Made by a program: the position numbers and the translations under genes. The notes under the pieces are model-generated. The model had not been told where the DNA came from, searched no databases, and was given only the letters and a program-made list of their open reading frames with translations. Of a DNA stretch of 64,000 nt, positions 1 to 8,280 are shown in pieces (position 1 is the stretch's first letter; each line of letters begins with the position of its first letter). The DNA comes from Candidatus Binatia bacterium (GTDB lineage: Bacteria; Desulfobacterota; Binatia; Bin18), in the NCBI GenBank assembly GCA_963666315.2, contig CAXXHG010000014.1, positions 1-64,000 on the forward strand. Reading direction: 5' to 3'.

Positions 1-921
1 GCGGGCCTTACGCGGTGAGAGGTAGTCTTCGATGAGGATGCCCGCGTCGCGCAACCCAGCATAGGCTCCGGGATAATAGTCAGGGATCTCTGTCGGCCCG
101 CTCGGGACACTCGAGCAGCACACAACGGGCACTCCGGTGTGTGCCAAACGAAAGAGGTGTTCCGACGCCGCTGGCGGGAGACTGCCCGCTCCCATGCTTG
201 CAACAACAAGTCCATTGAGCACATCGCTTGCGGCCAAGTTCCTGAGCAGCGCCGCGTCATCTCCCATACCCACCGTCAGTATTGGTACGGAAGACGGCAA
301 GACTGGCGGGATGCGGCTCAAACGGGAGCGCGGGAACGCGGGCCCGGAAAACTCAATCTGCTTCCCAGCGACTCGACCACGCACAGCTCCCCGCCGCGCG
401 GTAAAGGCATCCAGGGCCTGCGTGTCGGCTTTATACACACTCCAGGCCTCAAAGATTTCAGCCCGCATTGTCACCAGCGTGCCAGACTCTGCGGGAACGA
501 AAGCGGCCACCTGGAGGGCCTGCTCAAGGTTTTGAATCCCATCGAATTCCGGCGCCCAGCTGGGTCGCATGGCTCCGGTAAAGACAATCGGAAACACCCC
601 AGCAAGCATCTCATCAATGCCATACGCGACCTCTTCGAGCGTATCCGTACCGTGCGTCACCACGACACCACGGACGGGGTCTTGGGCTGCATGGGCTATG
701 CCCTGCGCAAGGCTGAGCAAATCGGTCCCTGACGATATGACAGCATCGGGATAGGGAAGATCCAGACAGCGAACCGTCTCCGTATCGATTGACGTCCGGG
801 CCAGCAGCTCCTCAGCAGTGAGGGCGGGCACACTCTTCCCCGTCTGTCCGTCACGTACCATGCTGATCGTCCCACCTGTGGCGATCAATAAGAGTTGTGA
901 CACATGTACGGCGCCAGTCAT
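1..921 (-). CDS. L-asparaginase/glutaminase family protein (3' end runs off the window)
   Basis: Not in the ORF track; translated by hand. MTGAVHVSQLLLIATGGTISM carries the ATGGT motif and VVVTHGTDTLEE the HGTDT motif. The ATG overlaps the egtD stop (ATGA at 918-921). Confidence 0.88.
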   Translation of the reverse strand, partial: MTGAVHVSQLLLIATGGTISMVRDGQTGKSVPALTAEELLARTSIDTETVRCLDLPYPDAVISSGTDLLSLAQGIAHAAQDPVRGVVVTHGTDTLEEVAYGIDEMLAGVFPIVFTGAMRPSWAPEFDGIQNLEQALQVAAFVPAESGTLVTMRAEIFEAWSVYKADTQALDAFTARRGAVRGRVAGKQIEFSGPAFPRSRLSRIPPVLPSSVPILTVGMGDDAALLRNLAASDVLNGLVVASMGAGSLPPAASEHLFRLAHTGVPVVCCSSVPSGPTEIPDYYPGAYAGLRDAGILIEDYLSPRKAR

Positions 922-1925
922 GTGTCGCTGGCAGTAGACGGTCCGTTGTAACGAAAGAGGTACATCACAAAGAGCTGTTGCGCATCCGTCCATTGCGCTT
1001 GAAAATGGAATCCGTATCCAGTCAATTGCTTCCGGACTTCTTGGGCATCAAATTTCCGGGAGATCTCCGTATGTATCGTTTCTCCAACACGAAACGACAC
1101 CTGCAAGTCGAGGTCAGGAATTGTCACTTCCTGCGCAACCTGACTCTGCAGATGCATCTCAATTTGATGCAGCTGCTGGTTATAAAAGGCCAGATGAGAG
1201 AACTGGGACAGGTTGAAATCCGCTCCGAGCTCGCGATTAATATGACGCAAGATATTGAGATTGAATGCCGCCGTGACTCCGGCGGTGTCGTTGTACGCCG
1301 CTTCCAAAACCGCAACAGACTTCCGCAGGTCCAATCCCAGCAAAAATTGATCCCCAGGATGGAGAGCCGCAGCTAGCTGCTGAAAAAGTTCAGCTTGTTC
1401 TGCCGGGCTGAAGTTCCCCAGATTACTGCCTAAGAAAAGGACAAGCCGGGGACGCGTGTTCGGCAAAGCGGTCAGCCCGCTCAGATAGTCCGTGGCCAAT
1501 GCCTTAATGGACAGCGTAGGATAATCGTTGAGCAAGCTGTGCGACGCCTCTTGGAGCATTGAGGCACTAATATCAATCGGCACATAGCGCATGAGGTGGT
1601 CACGGCGCTGATATTCGTCAAACAGGAAGCGGGTTTTCACAGAGCTGCCGCTGCCCAATTCGACCAGCATAGCCCCGTTCGTTTGCTCCACGATATCAGC
1701 GACATTGGTGCGTAGAATGTGTGCCTCCGTCCGGGTGAGATAATATTCCGGCTGCTGACAGATGTCTTCAAATAACTGTGAGCCGTGCGCATCGTAAAAA
1801 TATTTAGGATGCAGCGTTTTCTGTGTTTGACTCAGGCCAAAAGCCACATCCTCACGGAATTGCGAACGAATCTCGCCTGGCGTGGTAATCTGCAGACGAT
1901 GCGTGTCGTGCGATGCAGCTTGCAT
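918..1925 (-). CDS. egtD: L-histidine N-alpha-methyltransferase (hercynine synthase)
   Basis: KTLHPKYFYD..GSQLFEDIC..PEYYLTRTE, VELGSGSSVKT, FLGSNLGNF, AAYND..GVTAAFNLNIL, IHTEISRKF; adjacent to egtB and egtC. Confidence 0.93.
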   Translation of the reverse strand: MQAASHDTHRLQITTPGEIRSQFREDVAFGLSQTQKTLHPKYFYDAHGSQLFEDICQQPEYYLTRTEAHILRTNVADIVEQTNGAMLVELGSGSSVKTRFLFDEYQRRDHLMRYVPIDISASMLQEASHSLLNDYPTLSIKALATDYLSGLTALPNTRPRLVLFLGSNLGNFSPAEQAELFQQLAAALHPGDQFLLGLDLRKSVAVLEAAYNDTAGVTAAFNLNILRHINRELGADFNLSQFSHLAFYNQQLHQIEMHLQSQVAQEVTIPDLDLQVSFRVGETIHTEISRKFDAQEVRKQLTGYGFHFQAQWTDAQQLFVMYLFRYNGPSTASDT

Positions 1926-1950
1926 AGGAAATCTCTACTTTCACTATCAG

Positions 1951-3315
1951 TCAAGAAAGAGTGCGCCGGCTCACGGCGTGAGGCGGTAGAGACGTAGAAT
2001 CTTTGGCGCAGCGCAAGCCCGCAAAGATCGCCCGCATCCCAGGGTGATACCAATTACGAAACGTTGTCCGCGCAACATGCCACCGCGTTGCCCATGATCC
2101 GCCTTTCAGGACGCGGTGCTGCTGGTCAAAATACGGAACCGAATAGCCTGCATATGGAAAGGCCTGAAAACCCGGATACGGGTGAAACCAGGTATGCGTC
2201 CATTCCCATACACTGCCCAGCATGTCGAGACAGTCAGGCCGGCCAGCACCTTCGCCGTGGCTGTTGGAATCCCACGCGGCGGCCTTTTCCCACTCAGCTT
2301 CCGTGGGCAGACGCTTGCCAACCGAGCGAGCATAGGCATCGGCTTCATACCAGCTGATACACATCACGGGCAGTGTCGGGTCTAATGGTCCAGTTCGACC
2401 GAGACCGATTTCCATCCAATGCTCCCAACCAGCAGGCCAACCATACCCGCCATACCCGCCCTCGCTAGGATGGCCACGCGAACGCCAGTGCAGCGGGTGT
2501 CTGACTTGGTTTTCCGTGCACCAGCACCACCCCTCCTGGCTCCACCAGGCTGGATGAGCATAGCCTCCGCGCTCAATAAACTGCATGAAATCGGCATTGG
2601 TAACAGGAGTCCGATCAATCAAAAACTCCCCAACCTGGACGGTCTGTTGTGGCCGTTCATTATCCAGGGTGCTGGTCACATGATCACTGCCCATCCCAAA
2701 AGGTCCACCAGGAATACAGACCATCTCTGTTTGAGCAGACGTCCGTTGAAAATGCGCTTGTCGAGCATACGTTTGGCGCCGGACCGCACTGGAAGGGCTG
2801 GGCTGGGCCGGACAGCTGGAGACATCCGCATCGGATCGTGCGGCCGCACCCAGGTTGAGAATCAGGAGCATCGTTTCGTTGTGCTGCTCTTCATGTTGGA
2901 GGAGCATATTGAAGATGCACCCTTCAGACAGCAGCGGATGCGCTGCCTCCCACCCGCCCTGCTCAAGAAAGGCAAACACCCGATCCCGGACTACATCTAG
3001 ATAGGACAGGATCTCTCGCTGCGAGGGCAAGTTGATCCGGTTCTGCTTGGGAGTATCCAGCGGGGAGAACAACGTGTCGTATGCTGGAGCCAGAGGCGCT
3101 TCGTCTTGACATTGCTGGAGTATCCAAAATGATTCAGTCACCCCAATATGCCCCAGATGCCACCCAACGGGGCTGAACTCAGGGTGAACTTGGCGATAGA
3201 AGTCTTCCGCTTCCAGGTTCAACAAGAGCGACTTCGTATACGCGCGTGCCTCGACCATCTGCTGTCGGCAGTCAGCGCTGTCAATTATGTCGTTCATGTC
3301 GATTACGCCACTCAT
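1951..3315 (-). CDS. egtB: Ergothioneine sulfoxide synthase (DinB-like + FGE-sulfatase non-haem iron enzyme)
   Basis: SPVGWHLGH and QHEEQHNETM iron-binding His motifs; FGE-domain motifs DNERP, RLPTEAEWEKAA, GSVWEWT, LKGGSWAT, FRNWY. Start placed at the ATG just after the egtC stop (3315 or 3297). Confidence 0.9.
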   Translation of the reverse strand: MSGVIDMNDIIDSADCRQQMVEARAYTKSLLLNLEAEDFYRQVHPEFSPVGWHLGHIGVTESFWILQQCQDEAPLAPAYDTLFSPLDTPKQNRINLPSQREILSYLDVVRDRVFAFLEQGGWEAAHPLLSEGCIFNMLLQHEEQHNETMLLILNLGAAARSDADVSSCPAQPSPSSAVRRQTYARQAHFQRTSAQTEMVCIPGGPFGMGSDHVTSTLDNERPQQTVQVGEFLIDRTPVTNADFMQFIERGGYAHPAWWSQEGWCWCTENQVRHPLHWRSRGHPSEGGYGGYGWPAGWEHWMEIGLGRTGPLDPTLPVMCISWYEADAYARSVGKRLPTEAEWEKAAAWDSNSHGEGAGRPDCLDMLGSVWEWTHTWFHPYPGFQAFPYAGYSVPYFDQQHRVLKGGSWATRWHVARTTFRNWYHPGMRAIFAGLRCAKDSTSLPPHAVSRRTLS

Positions 3316-3320
3316 GTCGA

Positions 3321-4145
3321 TTACGCCGCTTCCGTCGCATCCGGACAACTCAGGTTCGTCACGTGTACGTCGAACGCGTTGCTGCATGTGATCAGATGCC
3401 CCGCGGGCACAGCCCTCCACTCGGGATCAGCGGAGAGTTTTTCCGAGGCAATGACGACCCCGTCGGGAAAAGCCGGGCTATTCGGCAAATAATACAGGGA
3501 GGGGGCCGGAGAGCTGTTGGCAAACCGCAGCACCGCGACATGCTCGCCATCAGACAGGGCAATATTCAGTGCCATATGCATCTGCCGCCCGTGTGTCCAC
3601 TCCAATAATTGCGCAACCGTTTCCTGTAAGGCTGCTACGAGCGTCTGCTGCGTGTACTCTCGGCCATGTAGAAAGTTCAACACCAGGGCAAAAATATGCT
3701 CGGAATCGGTTGTCCCCTGGATGAGTCGATAATATTCGTCACGCAGCGAGTCACGAATCTTGCGCAGCAAGGTATCCCGGAAGTTTTCAATAAAACCGTT
3801 GTGCATAAAGAGCAGGCGCTCATAGGTAAACGGCTGGCAATTGCTCTGATCAAGTCCAAAACCAGGCGTGGCGCTGCGCACATTAGCCAAAATACAATCC
3901 GAGGCAATATGGCGGCTCAACCCTGGCAGGTTACGGTCGTTCCAGATAGGAAGGATACTCGTATACACACACGGCGTGGCATCAAGCGCGCGGTTATACC
4001 AGCCTACTCCAAAACCATCCACATTCACCGTCCCGGCCGTCATCTCTTTGGGCTGATAACTCTGCTCTATAAGGGAATGCTCCGGCTCACTGATGACACG
4101 AGCCAGCAGCACCGGCTTGCCCCGATACACAACGAAACGACACAT
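3321..4145 (-). CDS. egtC: EgtC-type class II glutamine amidotransferase/Ntn amidohydrolase
   Basis: N-terminal MCR nucleophile, NVDGFGVGWY, PIWND.NL, VRSATPG, FMHNG, GTTDSE; directly upstream of egtB. Confidence 0.9.
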   Translation of the reverse strand: MCRFVVYRGKPVLLARVISEPEHSLIEQSYQPKEMTAGTVNVDGFGVGWYNRALDATPCVYTSILPIWNDRNLPGLSRHIASDCILANVRSATPGFGLDQSNCQPFTYERLLFMHNGFIENFRDTLLRKIRDSLRDEYYRLIQGTTDSEHIFALVLNFLHGREYTQQTLVAALQETVAQLLEWTHGRQMHMALNIALSDGEHVAVLRFANSSPAPSLYYLPNSPAFPDGVVIASEKLSADPEWRAVPAGHLITCSNAFDVHVTNLSCPDATEAA

Positions 4146-4154
4146 CGTATTAAG

Positions 4155-4202
4155 TCAAAAGTTCAAAGTTCAAAGTTTAAAGTTCAAAGTTCAAAGTTCA
4201 AG
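4155..4202. repeat. Heptamer tandem repeat (TTCAAAG)n, about 6-7 units
   Basis: tcaaaagttcaaagttcaaagtttaaagttcaaagttcaaagttcaag in the spacer between the ATP-grasp gene and egtC. Confidence 0.9.
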
Positions 4203-4232
4203 GAACATACTGGATTATCTTTTTTTCATTGC

Positions 4233-5438
4233 TTACCAGGGAGAATGCGCCGGCTGTTTGAGAAGACGGCGACGCAAAGCATCGGCTTCGGCATGAATGG
4301 CTTCGTAGCTTGGACCGAATAAGTCAATCTGCGCCAGGACGACGCCAAACTCACTCACTGGACGAATTTCCTGTCCTGGTTCGATATACAACGTAAGCCC
4401 GTCGATCTCGCCAGCACGAGTAAAGCCAAACAGGTTTTCTGCGACATCTTCGCCAAAGGTAATAAAGTTAAATTGCCCCCCAACCACGTCTGTCTGAGCA
4501 AGCTGCGGTTGCAGGTCTCGGCCGCACGCCAAGGCGAGTCCCGCTTCATAGATGCAGGCGCCCAGGCAGTTGCGGTACAGATTATAAAAGCACGTTGCCG
4601 CCCGTCCATTCACCTCGGTCAAAGTAACAGCATTGTCATGACACCAAAATTCGATATTGAAGAAGCCGTTATCCAGTCCGATATTGTCGACCGCCGCCAT
4701 AGTCTGACTGGTCAGCTGATCTTGGATATGAGCCGGCTGGCGCGAGGGCAGCGAAAAATTGTCAATGACTCGGGTCCCGGGATAGGTATTCGTGTCGGTA
4801 ATAGCCCATAGATGCGGCTGGTGATCCACCACCCAGCCTTCAACCGTCACCTGCGGTCCCTCAACAAAGTCTTCGACCAGCATGATCTCGCGGGCGGCCA
4901 GCGGAAATTTTTCACAATCGATATACCGCTCAAAAAATGGAAAATAGAGCGGCGACCAGGCCGGATATTCACGCCGCGCAACTGCCAGCGCACGCTGGAG
5001 GTCGTCCGGAGAGTCGAGCTTAAATCCCAGAATGCCAAGATTCAGCCACGGCGGCTTAAGATAACACGGGTAGCGCGTCAGCGTAGGCTGTTCGTCGGCG
5101 AGATCAATATATTCACACCGGACCGGATTGGGCTCGTACTGGCGACCGTAGTATTTGTGCAGACACAGAAAGACGGACTCCAGGCTGGGGCCGGGAAAGC
5201 CGAACTCCTCGCACAACACTGCAGCAACAATGTCCGCCACATCGCGCGAGTAAAAAACCGCGTCAATATGGTGCGTCTTAATATATTCTCGACACTGATC
5301 CGTATAGACGAGAAGATCGAGTTCAGGCGACGGCGTGCGCGGATTGAGCGGAGCGTCAAGCAGGTGAAAAGTGTGGCCGGAGATCTGAGCGAGCGCGCTT
5401 CGGTCACGTTGTGACGGGCAGGTTATCAACACTTCCAT
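4233..5438 (-). CDS. ATP-grasp carboxylate-amine ligase
   Basis: 401 aa; CLHKYYGR, YPCYLKP, MLVEDFVEGPQVTVEG, GFFNIEF, TEVNGR are ATP-grasp signature segments. Confidence 0.82.
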   Translation of the reverse strand: MEVLITCPSQRDRSALAQISGHTFHLLDAPLNPRTPSPELDLLVYTDQCREYIKTHHIDAVFYSRDVADIVAAVLCEEFGFPGPSLESVFLCLHKYYGRQYEPNPVRCEYIDLADEQPTLTRYPCYLKPPWLNLGILGFKLDSPDDLQRALAVARREYPAWSPLYFPFFERYIDCEKFPLAAREIMLVEDFVEGPQVTVEGWVVDHQPHLWAITDTNTYPGTRVIDNFSLPSRQPAHIQDQLTSQTMAAVDNIGLDNGFFNIEFWCHDNAVTLTEVNGRAATCFYNLYRNCLGACIYEAGLALACGRDLQPQLAQTDVVGGQFNFITFGEDVAENLFGFTRAGEIDGLTLYIEPGQEIRPVSEFGVVLAQIDLFGPSYEAIHAEADALRRRLLKQPAHSPW

Positions 5439-5547
5439 ACCACCACCCGGTTCTTCTCGATTACCTGCAGGCGTGAGCCTCTCACCACTTCGTTCCTACT
5501 ATGCCTATTGCAAATATGCTTTACTACCCTCGATTTTCGCAATCTCT

Positions 5548-5565
5548 TGATGCATAATTGCAGCA
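5548..5565. promoter_or_regulatory. Inverted repeat, probable LysR autoregulatory site
   Basis: tgaTGCA-taat-TGCAgca immediately before the LysR ATG in the divergent intergenic region. Confidence 0.4.
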
Positions 5566-6510
5566 ATGCAGGATTGGGATGATTTGCGGATCTTTCTTGC
5601 CCTTGTCCGCAAGGGCTCGATCCGGTCGGCAGCTGAGTCGTTGGATGTAGACAATTCGACGGTCTCCCGCCGTATCCGCGCGTTTGAGCAAAAGCTGGCG
5701 GTGCGTCTCTTCGAACGTTTACCAACAGGGTATACACCCACGTCTGCCGGAGAGGACATGCTCGATTCGGCCCAGCAGGTCGAAGAAGAGATCCTAGCTC
5801 TTGAACGCCGCCTGCTGGGGCAAGATAGGCGCCTCACCGGAGAACTCCGCGTCACCATGCCCGACCTGTTAGGCATGAAACTCCTGATGCCCGATCTGGC
5901 CACCTTCACCCAGACCTATCCAGGCATAGGTTTAGAGATCAATGTCTCGTATGAGCATTTAGACCTCACTAAACGTGAAGCAGATGTCGCAATCCGTCTC
6001 ACTGATAATATACCCGAACACTTAGTCGGCCAACGTTTGCTCCAGCAGGCAACCGCAGCCTACGCTTCGAGGACATATCTGGCGCAACACAATCTTGTAG
6101 ATGCTCCGGTGGATGATTCGGCCAGTCTGACCTGGCTCGGTTGGGATGATCTGGTGACGTACCCTAAGTGGGTAAAAGAAAGCAATTTCCCCACCGTGCC
6201 GGTCCGCCACCGCCTCAACAATGCAGTCCTTCAGCTCGAAGCCGTTAAGGTAGGACTAGGCATTGGTGTCCTGCCCTGCTTTATTGGCGACCAAGAGTCG
6301 AGCTTGCGCCGGCTCCCGCCCGGTAGACCCAAGCTCGGCAAGCATATCTGGCTTCTCACCCATCCCGACCTGAGCAACACTACCCGGGTACAAACGTTTC
6401 TCGACTTTATGGCCAGGGCCATTACCAGCCGGCGCGATTTGATCGAAGGTCGTTGTCCCCAACCACCTGCCCCCCGGACAAGCAGGAAAGCGCGCGCACC
6501 AAGCACGTGA
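5566..6510 (+). CDS. LysR-family transcriptional regulator
   Basis: MQDWDDLRIFLAL..GSIRSAAESL.VDNSTVSRRI..FE..L.VRLFER HTH; LTKREADVAIR in the substrate-binding domain. Confidence 0.95.
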   Translation: MQDWDDLRIFLALVRKGSIRSAAESLDVDNSTVSRRIRAFEQKLAVRLFERLPTGYTPTSAGEDMLDSAQQVEEEILALERRLLGQDRRLTGELRVTMPDLLGMKLLMPDLATFTQTYPGIGLEINVSYEHLDLTKREADVAIRLTDNIPEHLVGQRLLQQATAAYASRTYLAQHNLVDAPVDDSASLTWLGWDDLVTYPKWVKESNFPTVPVRHRLNNAVLQLEAVKVGLGIGVLPCFIGDQESSLRRLPPGRPKLGKHIWLLTHPDLSNTTRVQTFLDFMARAITSRRDLIEGRCPQPPAPRTSRKARAPST

Positions 6511-6584
6511 AAATATTCGGTCCTCACGTCATATTTTCTCCTTTTCCCGGTGTTGATGTTTGTCCGCCTCCGTTCCCCCGTCTC

Positions 6585-6617
6585 CAAGGTCTGCAGGTAC
6601 CCTGTCTGCAGACCTTG
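6585..6617. terminator. Perfect 12-bp hairpin between convergent genes
   Basis: caaggtctgcag-N9-ctgcagaccttg; no U-tract. Confidence 0.4.
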
Positions 6618-6620
6618 CCG

Positions 6621-7650
6621 TCACCCCAGCCTGCAGACGCTGCATGAGATCCACCTTGAATTGCGGAGATACGTTATAAAAAACGTGACTAGATTGCCGT
6701 TCTGTATGTGCTTGGAGACCTCCACGGTGAGCGTGCTCGACCAGATGCCGCGTCTACTCACCACTTGCGCTGAGAGCAGATCACATTGAAACTGCTGCGA
6801 TCCCGTCACATAGCCGACCGCGAGCGGTTCAAACGGGAAGAAACCGTCCGTCTGGAAGAACCCAGCGCTATAACTGAAGCCAACCGGACGCCTGTTGAGA
6901 AACCCCGCGTGACACCGGAGGGCCGGTTAATAAGTCATCCAGATCCTGGCGATTCAGCGTTACCTTGACTGCAACCTCATACGGAATGAGAGTGATGGGA
7001 ACACCGGAGCGCAAGACAAGATCGAAACACAACGGATCTGCCTCAAAGTTACGATCTCCCAACGACACGGGAAGAAGGGGGGTGGGCTGGAAGCGCTGTC
7101 CCGGCCGACGTCCGGCTACGGCAATCACACGGACGATCTGTCGGCGCAACTCCGGGTAGTGGACGAGAAAAGTCGCTACATTCGTCAACGGCCCGAGCGC
7201 GAGTATGGTGACCGGGCGGTGCGCAAGAATACGCCGCAGAGCCTCAGTAGCGGGAGTTTTCACAAAACCCTGGTCTGGACTCCGCGCGCCGGCATGAACG
7301 TGCGAGGGACACAGGTGCTGCGCTTGCGTACAACCAAACTGAGCGACTATACGCCGCGCAATTGCAGCAGCCGTGTCATGGTCGGTATTGCCAAAGATCG
7401 TACCAATCCCCACGATCTCAAGTTCCGGGGAGTTGAACGCCTGTATCAACGGCAGGCAGTCGTCCACATCATGCCCAAACCCTTCCCCACACGAAGGATC
7501 GGTATCAATCCAGACGGGAATCCGCCTGTTTCCGGATTGAGCGGCCCACACTGACAGGACAGAAAAGCTACTCAGCCCGATGAAGAGTGCCAGGTAGACT
7601 GGGACAAGCCACCTCTTTTTGATTCGGGACTGTTGAGCAAAGACAATGTG
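6621..7650 (-). pseudogene. Inosine/uridine-preferring nucleoside hydrolase, disrupted and possibly secreted
   Basis: WIDTDP..DVDD, GIGTIFGN, ILALGPLTNVA motifs. Premature stop at 6868; the upstream in-frame signal-peptide-like segment has no ATG. Confidence 0.7.
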
Positions 7651-7742
7651 GGAAGAAACGATATAGTGACCTCCACCATAAATTACATACTGGGTGCACG
7701 CTTGAGTCTAACTAGATGTTCTACACATGTCCTTGCCAAAGC

Positions 7743-7788
7743 GTAAAAGCTTGTAAAAGAAACCGGCGCAGATGTAAAAGAATGTAAA
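7743..7788 (+). promoter_or_regulatory. Two GTAAA-N5-GTAAA direct-repeat boxes (OmpR/CpxR-type)
   Basis: gtaaa-agctt-gtaaa at 7743-7757 and gtaaa-agaat-gtaaa at 7774-7788. Confidence 0.5.
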
Positions 7789-7884
7789 AACACCCAGCGT
7801 GTGAGAGAACGCCACGATAAACCTCTCGACTGTTGACGAAAGAAGAGGCATGTTCGAGAGAAGGGAGACTCTACAATATTCTTC

Positions 7885-8010
7885 TCCCCTCTTGAGAGCG
7901 CCTTCCTTTGGAAGGGTGCCACGTAGCGACGGGGTGTGTTTCGAGCCGGCCCGGCAACCCACCCTGTCCGCCGACCTTTGGTCGGACGGCCACCCCTCCA
8001 AGGAGGGGAT
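7885..8010. repeat. MITE/REP-like palindromic element, family A copy 1
   Basis: Shares tcccctcttgagag ... ccgccgacctttggtcggacgg.cacccctcc..ggaggggat with the copy at 41533-41643. Confidence 0.8.
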
Positions 8011-8062
8011 GAGAAGACAAAGAACTTTAGCAAAGCTGAAGCTATGTCCGAATAAAAAACTT

Positions 8063-8190
8063 ATGACAGCACTGCGAACATTTCTGAGGCAGCATCTGGT
8101 GTAGGGCGGGCTCTTGGCTGTCGTCATCCCGCTGGTTGTCATTCTCGGCATGCAATATTGGTCACTGGTCAGTCTTGAGCGCATGTCTCG
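8063..8190 (+). pseudogene. N-terminal membrane-anchor remnant (sensor kinase-like)
   Basis: MTALRTFLRQHLV*GGLLAVVIPLVVILGMQYWSLVSLERMS; in-frame TAG, ending at a (GTAGACN)3 repeat at 8190-8210. Confidence 0.3.
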
Positions 8191-8280
8191 TAGACGGTAG
8201 ACCGTAGACATTGGTACTCTTTTTGTTCTCCTGCTGAGAAGGCCGTTGTCCTCAGCAGGAGATGGTCGTGCACGACTGAC

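Noticed and set aside
137-754. Plus-strand ORFs 137-535, 139-732 and 569-754
   Set aside because: They are antisense shadows of the minus-strand asparaginase, which the ORF track missed because it runs off the window.
918-5438. Selenoneine (senABC) or ovothiol cluster
   Set aside because: No selenophosphate synthetase or SenB glycosyltransferase is present, the EgtB has no C-terminal methyltransferase as OvoA does, and egtC and egtD are present.
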